Part shown: in pieces, positions 18,542 through 28,152 of the stretch | Numbering within the stretch: position 1 is the first letter of the stretch | Layout of the letters: each line of letters starts with the position of its first letter | Virus record (IMG/VR): IMGVR_UViG_3300023259_000001 | Location: 1 to 64,000 of that record | Origin: a virus | Lineage: Duplodnaviria; Caudoviricetes | Direction: 5' to 3' (one strand) | DNA length: 64,000 bases | The notes under the pieces: generated by a model | Told to the model about the DNA's origin: nothing | The model's input: only the letters and a program-made list of their open reading frames with translations | Database searches by the model: none | Position numbers and translations under genes: made by a program

Positions 18542-18901
18542 ATGCCGATCCGCCGCGAGTTCCGTAAATTCTACCGCCGCTTTTGGCGGAACGTGATCCG
18601 GCCGCGCATCCTCGCGCGCGACCAGAACAGGTGCCAGCGTTGCGGAGCCAAAAACTACGATATTGGTTACAGGGATAGGCACGGATTCTTCCACCCGGCG
18701 CCAGTGAGGAAGCGCCGCGCCGCCGGGAAGTTGATCCGAATCATACTGGACGTCGCACACCTCAACCACATTCCCTGGGACAATAGGGATGAAAACCTTA
18801 AAGCGTTTTGCAAGCGTTGCCACTTCCTGCACGATCTGGACCACCACCGCCAGACCCGCTCCATCCGCAAGGACCTGGCGCGACCGTTCTGCGTCCATTA
18901 A
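18542..18901 (+). CDS. HNH endonuclease
   Basis: ILARDQNRCQRCG, VAHLNHIPWDNRDENLKAFCKRCH. Confidence 0.85.
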   Translation: MPIRREFRKFYRRFWRNVIRPRILARDQNRCQRCGAKNYDIGYRDRHGFFHPAPVRKRRAAGKLIRIILDVAHLNHIPWDNRDENLKAFCKRCHFLHDLDHHRQTRSIRKDLARPFCVH

Positions 18902-18938
18902 AAACACTAAAGATACCTGTAAGGAGTACCATAGGGCC

Positions 18939-19088
18939 ATGAGCCCCTTGGTTACTTGGATCTTTGTGTCAGCAATTGTGGGCGCGATGCTAATCCTCGG
19001 CATCCTTGCCGTTGGAGATGCTAGGGCAGCCCGAAGGCGCCGGCGCCGGCGGGATCGGCGCGAACGCGACGAAAGGTGGAAGCCGTGA
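18939..19088 (+). CDS. Small single-TM protein with Arg-rich tail
   Basis: Hydrophobic helix followed by RRRRRRRDRR. Confidence 0.5.
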   Translation: MSPLVTWIFVSAIVGAMLILGILAVGDARAARRRRRRRDRRERDERWKP

Positions 19089-19215
19089 GTTTTACAATCA
19101 ATGACGCACGGGCAGCCCAGATTGCAAAGTGGATGCTCTGGACTTTGTGCATTGCGGCTCCCGCCGCGGTGCTGCTGTTGTGCTACCTCGTAGGGAAAAG
19201 CGTAAGGTGGGAACC

Positions 19216-20217
19216 ATGAAAACGATCGGTAAAGTAATTCTGTACGCGCTGGCCGCCGCGGTGTTGGGTGCCTGCGTGATCTCGCTGTCGGCGCAGGCGC
19301 AGTCGTACACCGTGCTGGTTTGCGGCGGCACCAACACCTGCACGTTTCTGCCGCTTGGCCCCGGGCTGCAGGTGTCGTGCACGGGCGCGCCGCCGAGCGG
19401 GCCAACTTGCGCGATTACCGCGACACCTGGGCCTGTTGGTCCAGTTGGACCTCCAGGAACGCCTGGCGGGGCTGGCCAGACGGGCGCCACGGGGTTGCCG
19501 GGCGCGGCAGGACCTCAGGGGCCACCTGGGGCCGATGGCGCGCAAGGGCCGCAAGGAGTCGCCGGGATACAAGGTTTTATCGGGCTGCCGGGTCCGCAAG
19601 GGCCAGCAGGGGGAGCTGGTCCCCCAGGGGCATCCGGTCCAATTGGTCCACAAGGGCTTGCAGGCGTTGCAGGCCCTGCAGGTACCCCAGGACCTCCGGG
19701 CTTAACGGGTGCCCCCGGGCCAGCAGGTCCGCAAGGTCCGCAAGGTCCAGCGGGCGCGATCGGTCCCGCTGGGCCTCCCGGTCCACAAGGCCCCCCAGGG
19801 AGTGGCGGCGGGGCAGCATCCTCCGTCGTTGCCAGCATCACATCCACCAGCAACCCCAATGACACGCTCTCGTTTACGTGCGCCGCGCTCCCGCCGGCCA
19901 TCCCCGCTTGCCCGGTGCCGGTGCTGGTATCGTCGATCCCGCGCGGGCAACTTCAGGCATACGTCCGGCTAAACTCCACCGGGCAAGAGATCCTGACCGT
20001 AAACGGCAATCCAATGCCAGGCGACTACTTCGTGGCGCTGGCGCAGGTAGCTGCTGCTGGAGTGGGCGGGGGCAAACCCTACGCGCAATGGGCCGCCGTG
20101 CAGAATCAGTGGTCGGGCTATCCTGCGCTGCCCCAAATCTCCATCGCTTGCCAGACGTCGTGCGCGTCGGTGACTGTAGCGAATGCGCCTGGGCAGGTGA
20201 CGGTGACCGCGCCATGA
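19216..20217 (+). CDS. Exported collagen-like protein
   Basis: Signal-like N-terminus ending SAQA/Q; about 41 uninterrupted Gly-X-Y triplets; globular C-domain. Confidence 0.85.
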   Translation: MKTIGKVILYALAAAVLGACVISLSAQAQSYTVLVCGGTNTCTFLPLGPGLQVSCTGAPPSGPTCAITATPGPVGPVGPPGTPGGAGQTGATGLPGAAGPQGPPGADGAQGPQGVAGIQGFIGLPGPQGPAGGAGPPGASGPIGPQGLAGVAGPAGTPGPPGLTGAPGPAGPQGPQGPAGAIGPAGPPGPQGPPGSGGGAASSVVASITSTSNPNDTLSFTCAALPPAIPACPVPVLVSSIPRGQLQAYVRLNSTGQEILTVNGNPMPGDYFVALAQVAAAGVGGGKPYAQWAAVQNQWSGYPALPQISIACQTSCASVTVANAPGQVTVTAP

Positions 20218-20663
20218 TCCCCGAATTCGCGCGCTTCGACTACGCGCAATGCTCTCATCCGTTCGTGGAACGGCATGACTTCCGGTACGGGCACCAACGC
20301 TACCGGTGCCGCTTCTGTCATCGCACTTTCACGCCCGCCAGCAGCAAACATTCCCCAGCCTCCATCGGCCGCGCCTTACTTCCACATTTCCTAGCGGCGT
20401 CCAAAATCAAGCCGACTGCTCAAACCACGGGGCACACATGCCGAACGGTGGCACGGTACTTCCGCCTGCTGCAAACCGCGCGGCCCGTGCCGTGCCCATG
20501 CGGTCGCCCGCGCTTTCATCCAGGGCGTTGCTTCAAGGACACGAACATCGCCGGACTAATGCTTGCTTCCGGCAGCCCGTACCGCAACGCCGGGACCGAT
20601 GGCTTGGACATCGGCGCCAATGTGGCCGCTGTGGCCGCGGCGGTGGGGGCGATTGTATGGTGA
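20214..20663 (+). CDS. IS1 InsA-like Zn-finger/HTH protein
   Basis: [14 protein letters not shown], then HTH-like segment and [13 protein letters not shown]. Confidence 0.55.
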   Translation: MIPEFARFDYAQCSHPFVERHDFRYGHQRYRCRFCHRTFTPASSKHSPASIGRALLPHFLAASKIKPTAQTTGHTCRTVARYFRLLQTARPVPCPCGRPRFHPGRCFKDTNIAGLMLASGSPYRNAGTDGLDIGANVAAVAAAVGAIVW

Positions 20664-21198
20664 TTCCAGACGCGATTCACATCCACACGCCAGTTCCCAC
20701 TACCGCTGGGAACCTTGCGCTCCTAGAGCTCCGACATCTTTCCGCCTTTGGCTGCACCGTTACCGACAGCGCTGGGAACTCATGGGTGCTCATTCGCAAC
20801 GGCAAAAAGCGACCGACACTGTTCCGCGATCCACCCAAGCGCGGTATCCGCTACTCACTGTATTCTGCGGGCCTTGCGGGCGGCCATCTCCTGATTTCGG
20901 CCAACGAAGCTATCGGCGTCGTGTTTAAGGAGTACGCTCTCACGCAAGAAGCCGCGAAGGCGCTGGATATATGACGCGCCTCGCCGAGATCATGCGCCTG
21001 CTCTACGCGCCGTGCCCGTGCTGCGTGGCCACAGCCATGGGGCAGATGTGTACTATGCGGTGCCTGCATCTGAATCGTGCCGCGCTCGTGAAAGAGGCGC
21101 GTGAGATCCTGGAGCGCCAGACACTTCGAGACCCAGCGCCTGCGATGCTGGCCGGGTTGGCCGCGTTACGTCGCGAGCGCCAGGACGCGCCAGGTTAG
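20657..21198 (+). CDS. Two hypotheticals (20657-20974, 20971-21198)
   Basis: Coupled ORFs. Confidence 0.5.
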
Positions 21199-21329
21199 GT
21201 ATACTAGTTACGTTCGCATGTGGTAACCTCCAGCGGCGCGAAGGCCTCCGGGCGGGTGTTAAACGGTGTCCTCCGCTCACCTGCCCGCGCTCGGTCGCGC
21301 CGCCTTCCTCCCACCCCCTTCCTGCCGCG

Positions 21330-21338
21330 TGGCATAAT
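21330..21338 (+). promoter_or_regulatory. Extended -10 (TGG-CATAAT) 6 nt before ATG 21345, consistent with a leaderless transcript
   Basis: gtggcataatagcggcATG; no SD. Confidence 0.5.
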
Positions 21339-21344
21339 AGCGGC

Positions 21345-21927
21345 ATGAAACTACTTAAACGGTATTCGAACATTGCTTTCTGCGCCGCCCTCTTGGCGGT
21401 GGCTCTTTCAGTCGCCGTCCTCACCTTCCCCCACGTGAACCACGCAACCGCGGCCACGGCCACGCCAAAAGCCGCAGTCGTACTGGCGCATGGCCCGACG
21501 TTCCCGCCGAACACGTGGTGTGGTGGCTGTACCACGTGCAACGGTTGCCCGCCCGGTCTGAGCGGCGAGTGTGCCAATAAATGCCCTGCGGCCCAATTCG
21601 CGCCGTCACACGTGGCCACGGCTGGGCGCGCGATGCCGGCTGACTGCAAGATGGCTTGCTGCCGGAAGAAGCACAAAGATGGCTAGCCGATTCGCCCGCG
21701 TTTACGCCGTGCTCGTGGTTCTATGCGCGGCGCTTCTACTCAGCGCCTTCCAGCGCGCGCCCAAGCCGAATGAGCGGATGGCCCCACCGCCGACATGCTA
21801 CGGGCCGGCGTGCGAGGCCAACGGCGAGTGCAATTTCATGACCGAGATGGGCACCTGTATCAGTTTGTGCCCGTGCGCGTGGGACGTCCGAAAGCCCGCG
21901 CCTCGACCGCAAGGGTGTCCGAAGTAA
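21345..21927 (+). CDS. Two exported Cys-rich small proteins (21345-21686, 21679-21927)
   Basis: Signal/TM N-termini; CGGCTTCNGC..C...C..C...CC and C....C.....C........C...CPC. Confidence 0.65.
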
Positions 21928-21947
21928 AAAACAAAGGAGCAAACGAA

Positions 21948-22133
21948 ATGAAGTGGAGAATGGAGCGAATGCTCAGGGTTATCGAAGCTGAGGCCAAAGA
22001 CATGGGCCTCATCATGGTGAACGGGCCTGGCCCGGAAGCCAAAACCGCAACACAGGCGCAAGCGCTCTCCCTGGGAGTGCGCACGAACGGCCAGGACCGC
22101 GCTGGAATAAATATCGAGTTCGCGGAGGCGTAG
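21948..22133 (+). CDS. Hypothetical protein
   Basis: SD aaggag upstream. Confidence 0.55.
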   Translation: MKWRMERMLRVIEAEAKDMGLIMVNGPGPEAKTATQAQALSLGVRTNGQDRAGINIEFAEA

Positions 22134-22336
22134 ATGACTGTGCGCGAAGTGGCCCGGGAGTTCGACCGATACGCGGCCGAGACGCCCGACGCTAAAGCCG
22201 TGCTCGATGACAGAGGCTCGCCCCCATGGGCCGAAGAATACCCCGAGGTCACAGAGGTAAGCCGGATGCCCGACGGCCGCGTCGTGATCCGATAACCACG
22301 GCGCGTGCTACTATTCCAACAGGGAGAATTAAACGT

Positions 22337-22774
22337 ATGAAAGGACTTGCATTACCTATTCCGCACACGCGGACAGCACTTCCACCGCGCCTCCATCGGA
22401 TGATCGAGTGGATAACCGGAGAATTCAGCTGGCTGGAGCGGCTGGAGTTTTGCTCCGCGTTGATAGCCGCGGCCGTGAAGCAGGGTGCCACCACGCCGGC
22501 CATTGTCGGCGGCCACGTTGGCACCGGCGCCGCGCCCACTACCACGGGGACCATGAACAAGCGCCACTTTTCAGCCGCCCAGCGCAACAAGCTGAGCGCC
22601 GCGGCAAAGGCCCGCTGGGCCACCAAGCGCGCGACCGTACAAGGCAACGGACCACGAACACCAATCGTAACGGAGACCGGACAGCCCGCGCCCACCGCGA
22701 TCGTCGGCAAGCGCACCCGCAGCCGCAAGACCGCCGAGAAAGCTATGACGGCGGCCGCCGGCGCCGGGATCTAA
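22337..22774 (+). CDS. Histone-like/nucleoid-associated basic protein
   Basis: KRHFSAAQRNKLSAAAKARWATKRA motif; SD agggag. Confidence 0.6.
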   Translation: MKGLALPIPHTRTALPPRLHRMIEWITGEFSWLERLEFCSALIAAAVKQGATTPAIVGGHVGTGAAPTTTGTMNKRHFSAAQRNKLSAAAKARWATKRATVQGNGPRTPIVTETGQPAPTAIVGKRTRSRKTAEKAMTAAAGAGI

Positions 22775-22874
22775 CAGGTTCGGACCGGGGAGTCGTGTTG
22801 GCCTTCGCGAGGCTACGCGCGATCGTGATCCGGGCCCGATACGGGGGCGTCCGCGGGCGCTCCCGTCGAAGAAG

Positions 22875-22910
22875 AAGGGGGCCGCGCAGCTCACGATGCG
22901 CGGCCCCCTT
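22875..22910. terminator. Bidirectional intrinsic terminator between convergent blocks
   Basis: Perfect 14-bp stem aagggggccgcgca/tgcgcggccccctt with 8-nt loop. Confidence 0.8.
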
Positions 22911-22918
22911 TGTATTTA

Positions 22919-23103
22919 CTGGCGTGCCGGATTGGTTGCCGGCCGCTTTCCTCAAGCGATAGAGGCGTCCCCTAGATTCCCTCGGCCCCGTCCGCAGATC
23001 CGAACCGCGCACTTACTCCGCGGTAAACCGGCCGGTTTTGACCTCGGCCCCGACCAGGGTCTCAGTACACGCTTACCCTCGCCCGCGTGGACGCCGACGC
23101 CAG
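22919..23103 (-). ncRNA. Candidate structured RNA of about 185 nt with a degenerate tRNA-like domain (22985-23058)
   Basis: 7-bp closing stem, T-arm CGCGG-TTCGGAT-CTGCG, CATAAT upstream, terminator downstream. Confidence 0.3.
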
Positions 23104-23123
23104 CATTATGATTGGCCAGCCCG

Positions 23124-23662
23124 TTACTGGCATAGGACGTGCTGAACTTCGTTCGCGCCGCTGTACAGCAGCATCCAGAGGTGCCGCGTGCGGAACGGCA
23201 ACTTCATGGCGAGCGCGATCGCCTCGCGCAGCGGCCGGTCGATCACGTCAATCTGAATCCTGCCGTCCGGCAGAAACTCCCAATCCACCGCGCCGCAAGC
23301 AAACAGCTCGTTGAGCGCGGCTTCCCAGCGCGCGTTGATTTCAGCGGGCGTGGCGATGACGTACTGCTCGCCGTCCCAGATCTGCTTCGTCTCGATCCAC
23401 CGCTCGCCATTCCACTGCTCGAGGACGGTGGTGTCGCCGATGCGGGGCGTGTTGCTGATTTTCATTTTAGCCTCCTAAACGTATGCGGCCGCGCCGCCCT
23501 CTCCGCCCGGTCCCGCCGCAGGCCATCGAGATACGCACGCCATTGCGGCTCAAGCTTCCCTGCGAAGAAATCGCGTTCGATTTCGTTGTAGTCGCCGTAG
23601 TGCTCCATCCACATATGGAGCCGGAAACAACAAAAGATTGCCTGCTTATCCGCTTCACTCAT
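23124..23662 (-). CDS. Two hypotheticals (23462-23662, 23124-23465)
   Basis: Coupled ORFs. Confidence 0.55.
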
Positions 23663-23826
23663 CGCGCCGCCCTTTCCGCCTGCGCCAGGACCGCGGGCAG
23701 CTCAGTGCAGGACTTTGCCGAATGCCGCGCGCCATTTGATCCCATCCCGTCCCCGGAATCTCCATATCAAGCGCTTGGCGCGATCCGAAAGCCGGTTGGC
23801 TGCATACCTCTTGGCGCGATCTGTTG

Positions 23827-25005
23827 TCATGCTTCCAGCCTTGCTTTTTCCGCTGGCTTGTAACTCCGAGCGATGAACCGCGCCAGGTCCAAGGGGATCT
23901 TGGCGATCATAGCGGAGGCTGCCTTGCGGGAGTTGCTGTTGCCGTGTGACGGGCGCGGGTCTTTGCTTTTGTCGCGTATCCAGCTTTTGCCGTCCAATCC
24001 CTTGCGGCCTTCGGCTTCGTGGGTTTCCGGTGAGACACCAGACACCAACTCTTGCCGTTGCGCCGTGGCCGCTTTCCGCCGTTCATCCAGCGCCGTGTCT
24101 AACCATGCCGCCCCGCTACCGCCTTGCTTGGTGCCCCGCGTTTCATGCTCCGCGCCGTTGAAGCTGGGCGATGAACCGAGGCCGTTTTCAAAGGCGTGGA
24201 AGTTCCGGCCTTCCCGCTTCTGCGCGCCCCGGTTCTTTGAATCTGCCACGGCGAACCATGAGCCTTGCCCGTGCGCTGTGCCGTCCGGGTTGAACTTCTG
24301 GCCGCCCCTTGCATCGTTCTCCTGCTGGCTTGTCAGATGCGCGCCTTGCCCGCCATTGCGGCGCGGATCGGAATAGCCTTCGATCTTTTGGACCCGCCGC
24401 GCCGCCGCGATCCCCGCGCCGAACTCCGGACGCACCACCACGCGCCCGCCAACCGATTCCACGTCGCCCCACAAGTAGAACGAGCCGAAGTGTGCCTTCG
24501 CCGGCCCTACCCACGGTTGCGCGCCTTTTACGTTCTCGATTACCAGCGGGACGTTGCGGTAAACTGTGCCGCGAATACAGCCGGGCACGTCGCAGGAGCG
24601 GTACACGGGAGGCCCGATTCTCCCCCCATCACAGGATAAGCACCTAATGCCCGTCGCGTGAACGGCCTCACGCTGGATGCGAAAACAGGCGTCGAATAGG
24701 GCGTTTAGTTCGCGGGTTCTATCGCGGTCCCTACGAATCTCGGCCGCCATCGCTTTAGCGCGGCTCCAAGGCATTGCCATGTACGAATAGGCCTGGCAGG
24801 GAGGGGAAGCCACGATGCAAGCCGCGCCCGCGAACTGGGAGCCGTGCAGCGTGAGCACGTCTTGGATTACGAGCTGGCCGGGATAGCGCGCTTCGCCGTA
24901 TATGTGCTGGTGGTTGTCGAAGCCCACCACGTCATAGCCTTCGGTCAGGAAGCCATCCGTCCAGCCACCCAGGCCGCAAAAGAGGTCGATGCAGAGCGGC
25001 CTCAC
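23827..25005 (-). CDS. Second C5-cytosine methyltransferase-like protein
   Basis: DLFCGLGGW (I), ASPPCQ (IV), IENV (VI), C-terminal AMIAKIPLDLA. Confidence 0.8.
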   Translation of the reverse strand: MRPLCIDLFCGLGGWTDGFLTEGYDVVGFDNHQHIYGEARYPGQLVIQDVLTLHGSQFAGAACIVASPPCQAYSYMAMPWSRAKAMAAEIRRDRDRTRELNALFDACFRIQREAVHATGIRCLSCDGGRIGPPVYRSCDVPGCIRGTVYRNVPLVIENVKGAQPWVGPAKAHFGSFYLWGDVESVGGRVVVRPEFGAGIAAARRVQKIEGYSDPRRNGGQGAHLTSQQENDARGGQKFNPDGTAHGQGSWFAVADSKNRGAQKREGRNFHAFENGLGSSPSFNGAEHETRGTKQGGSGAAWLDTALDERRKAATAQRQELVSGVSPETHEAEGRKGLDGKSWIRDKSKDPRPSHGNSNSRKAASAMIAKIPLDLARFIARSYKPAEKARLEA

Positions 25006-25385
25006 GCGCCCAGCCCCTTCATGAACTCCTGAAAGCTGGCATCCTGACGCTCCCGGATCAGCCGCGCCTCTTTCACCAGGCTGCCTTTATTCAGCTTGGA
25101 GCACCAGCCGGTACAGGTTAAGCCCGTGGGCCGCTTCTCGACGGGCTGCTCCTCGCCGCGTCCGTTGCGCGCGTGATTCCAGCGCCGCTTGTCGGTGTGG
25201 TTTGTGGCGTGGACTTTCATTTCCGCGCCCCACTCGTGCGAGTGGCTGGGATCGCCGCCCCAGGGCTGCTTTGGAATCGAATAATCGCGAAGCCCCCAAT
25301 AAGGTGGACTCGTGACGCACATCTGCACCGATTCGTCCGGCAGCTTGCGCAGGCACGCTAGGGCGTCGCCCTCGAGGATTCTCAT
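25002..25385 (-). pseudogene. Truncated N4/N6 DNA methyltransferase (beta class), N-terminal fragment
   Basis: GDALACLRKLPDESVQMCVTSPPYWGLRDY, but only 127 aa with no FxGxG SAM motif. Confidence 0.65.
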
Positions 25386-26073
25386 AGCCCCAGGCGCCGC
25401 AGGCAAGCAGCGATGTGATTGGGTTGGATCTTGCGCCGGAACACCACGAGGCGCGTTTCGAGCAGCGTGTTGCCGGTAAGCGCGACGACAATCTTCGTGA
25501 CGTCGCAGTGGCATAAATCGAGCGTGAACGATCCAGGCTTTTGGCCGGTCTGCGTGCAGGACCATCCGCCAACCGCGTAGACCATCGGATGCCGCGGCTT
25601 GCGCGCGTCGGCCCAGGTCTTCACACGGGCATCGTGGCGCCAGTGGATCGATCCGTCGGCGGTCCATGCTTCGTATTCCCCGCTGCCCACGCGCCGGCAA
25701 ACGTAGCCGCGGCATTCGCTGATATACATCTCGTTCATTTCGTTGCTCACTGGACTGCCTCCGGGCCGTCGGCGGTGGCCATCGCAATAGCGCGCTCCCA
25801 CTCCTCTGGATGCGTGGCGCGGTAGGCCTGGGCTTCCTCGTCGCTGGCAAACTCCACGCCCAGCGCCCGGGACAAAAACGCCAGGACCGCACTCGCCGGA
25901 ATCAGTATGATCTCCTCCCTCCCAGTTTCGGGGTCGGCGACCACGCCAGCGGCGGCCTTGTGCTCGGGGTGCGCATCCAGGTAATCCCATAGATCCTCAG
26001 ACGAGAGGAACTGGCGGCCCAGCAGGCGCTCCTCGTGGCGCAGGATGTCTTCTTCGTCGCTCATTAGCTTCAT
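25382..26073 (-). CDS. Two hypotheticals (25747-26073, 25382-25750)
   Basis: GTGA/ATGA-coupled. Confidence 0.55.
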
Positions 26074-26129
26074 TTTCCACCTCGCTCAAAAGCGTGCGTT
26101 TTGGGGCGCTTTTCGCACGCCGTCGCGCG

Positions 26130-26158
26130 TTGCCTGGCTCTGGTCGGCGCGCTATAAT
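26130..26158 (+). promoter_or_regulatory. Near-consensus promoter TTGCCT-N17-TATAAT, antisense to the surrounding operon
   Basis: Read directly. Confidence 0.55.
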
Positions 26159-26344
26159 GGGGCTTGGAGCCGTTTACCAGCCCGCCCGTTCGATCCCTTA
26201 AAATCAGCACTTTAGCCCTCCAATTCGGCATTACGACGAATCTCGTTTTGCAATCCTGACTTGCAACCCCTTTGCTTGCTTTAGCCGTCTTCCCCGAGTT
26301 CGGCAGTACGCGCATAATGCCGAATTCGCCGGGCTGATTTTCCG

Positions 26345-26702
26345 CTAAGCTGACGCCACGTTTCCCGGCGCCGGTTCCAGCTCCGGGACGACCTCAAATT
26401 GGGTCAATTTGACGACCACGCGCCCCAGCGCCTCGCCGCGCTCCAACAGGCCGCAGCGGTTTATTTGGTCAATCCACTCGTCAACAAACCGGATGCCCTC
26501 GCCATCGCCGTACTCGTTGCCAACGTTTTGGGGCCGGGGTCAGGGTCCGGGGGAATGCTCGCGATGTCCTCGCCTGGTCCTTGTGGTTTCGGGCATCTTC
26601 AAGCATGGCCCGATTCCCCGGCTTGCCAATCTCGTCGAACGTTTCTTGCAACTCCGCGGGCGTCATGTCCACCAGCGGCTTTTCGTTGATCTTCGTTTTC
26701 AT
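26345..26702 (-). pseudogene. Gene frameshifted by the 52-bp repeat copy B (26523-26574)
   Basis: Deleting the repeat joins ...NHKD-H-GNEYGDGEGIRF...ASA* in frame. Confidence 0.55.
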
Positions 26703-26905
26703 GGTTTCCCCTTTCTTTTGATTACGGCAAACTCCCGCAGCGCCTCCGCGGTCAGCTCCGCCAGCCGAATGCGCTCGACCATCGCAGCCACGGATATTGC
26801 CGGGTCGGCGCGGTCGAGCGCGGCCAGCAGCTCTTGCGCGCGGCGGGCATGTGCAGCCGCCGCGCGATCGAGGTCAAGGAGTTCGCTTGTGGTCCACGCG
26901 GTCAT
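26699..26905 (-). CDS. Small helical hypothetical protein
   Basis: ATGA-coupled. Confidence 0.55.
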   Translation of the reverse strand: MTAWTTSELLDLDRAAAAHARRAQELLAALDRADPAISVAAMVERIRLAELTAEALREFAVIKRKGKP

Positions 26906-26907
26906 GC

Positions 26908-28104
26908 TTAGTAGCTGATGGCCGTGATCAGGCCGTCAGTGCCGGAGGTGTAGGCGATCCGGTTCGCGCCGTCCACCGTGGCATAAACGGCGTTCGCCAC
27001 TGTGATGCCGGGTTCAACGCCACCGGGATACGGCCAGTGGAAGGGCACGGCTGTGGTGATGATCACCTGGACCGGCCCCAGACCATAGGGAGGTGCATCC
27101 AATTCTGTCTCGGTCACAGCGATGTAGATTGCGTGCGTTTTGTCGTAGGCTTGGCCAATGACCGCCGCCGGACCGAACGGAGGGCTGGCTTTGTTCTCGG
27201 TTGCGTCCACGTTGTACTGCGCATAGGCCGCTCCAACTGGGCCGCTGCCCCAACTGGGAACCAGCATCCAGGATGTGCCGATCATCGGGCCGGCCTCGGG
27301 CGCATTGCTCACTATCTGCACGAAATACCCGGCCACGGAAACCGGCTTGGTTCCAGCACCGGGAAAAAAGAAGTTGTTCACCCCGGTGAACTCGCTTGCC
27401 CCCAGCCATGGTTTTTGCGGCATTCCGGCCATGCACTTCTGAGCGACCGCGAGGTCGTAATACCACCAGTCCGTTTGCAAAGCTCCATTTACGTTGATGC
27501 CCGAGGCGGTGAGCATCAAACCTGTTTCAGTGCCGCAGAGGGGCATATATGTGGCGTTTTGAACTGCGAAGCCATCCGGTGGCGTAAAGGTTCCCAGGAT
27601 GCCCGAGTGACCCACCCTGATGTCCCATTTGTACAGGCCTCCACCCGAAACAATGAACGCTGCCCGGTCTACGGCGTCCACGCTAATCGAATACGGCGCC
27701 CCGCTCTTAGGCAGGAAGCCGCTGTACGTCGTAGGCGAGCCGTTGCCGAAGCCGTTCTCCAGGCTGATGGCCATATTGAAGCCGGCGATGACGTTGCTGC
27801 CTTCGTATGCGCCGATGCACCACAGATTGTTGAACGCCACGTCCACGTCGCAGTCGCCCACCTGCATACCGACGGGTTGCGTGGCTACGACTTGATGCGT
27901 GGCCGGCGAGATCGCCACAAGTTCATCCTGGGCCGGGATTGCCGCCCAGATCACGCTATCGAGAGCGTCGTAATACAAGAAGGTCGCACCCGGCACGGAT
28001 GCGGACCACTGGATTGCGGGATTGATCCCCGCTTGAGCCACTGCGGGCGCGACGGCCAACAGCAACGCGGAAAGAACTGCGGTTACTACCGTATTGGTTT
28101 TCAT
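26908..28104 (-). CDS. Exported beta-propeller-like protein (YVTN/YncE-like)
   Basis: Signal peptide ending APAVA/Q; LVAISPATHQVVATQPVG-type blades. Confidence 0.7.
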   Translation of the reverse strand: MKTNTVVTAVLSALLLAVAPAVAQAGINPAIQWSASVPGATFLYYDALDSVIWAAIPAQDELVAISPATHQVVATQPVGMQVGDCDVDVAFNNLWCIGAYEGSNVIAGFNMAISLENGFGNGSPTTYSGFLPKSGAPYSISVDAVDRAAFIVSGGGLYKWDIRVGHSGILGTFTPPDGFAVQNATYMPLCGTETGLMLTASGINVNGALQTDWWYYDLAVAQKCMAGMPQKPWLGASEFTGVNNFFFPGAGTKPVSVAGYFVQIVSNAPEAGPMIGTSWMLVPSWGSGPVGAAYAQYNVDATENKASPPFGPAAVIGQAYDKTHAIYIAVTETELDAPPYGLGPVQVIITTAVPFHWPYPGGVEPGITVANAVYATVDGANRIAYTSGTDGLITAISY

Positions 28105-28152
28105 GCCTTCTATTTATCCTTTTGAAGATCGACAATACAACACTATCTTTGG

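Noticed and set aside
20214-20974. Intact IS1 element
   Set aside because: No InsB/DDE domain or terminal inverted repeats seen
22985-23058. Functional tRNA gene
   Set aside because: Lacks U8/A14, a 7-nt anticodon loop and CCA; kept only as a tRNA-like candidate
26161-26230. attP/tRNA 3'-end remnant (gttcgatccc, ttaaaatcagcactt)
   Set aside because: No acceptor stem or CCA in register and no canonical integrase; cannot be supported without a host sequence
26797-28125. 442-aa plus-strand ORF
   Set aside because: Shadow of the signal-peptide beta-propeller gene; Arg/Gly-rich non-protein-like composition
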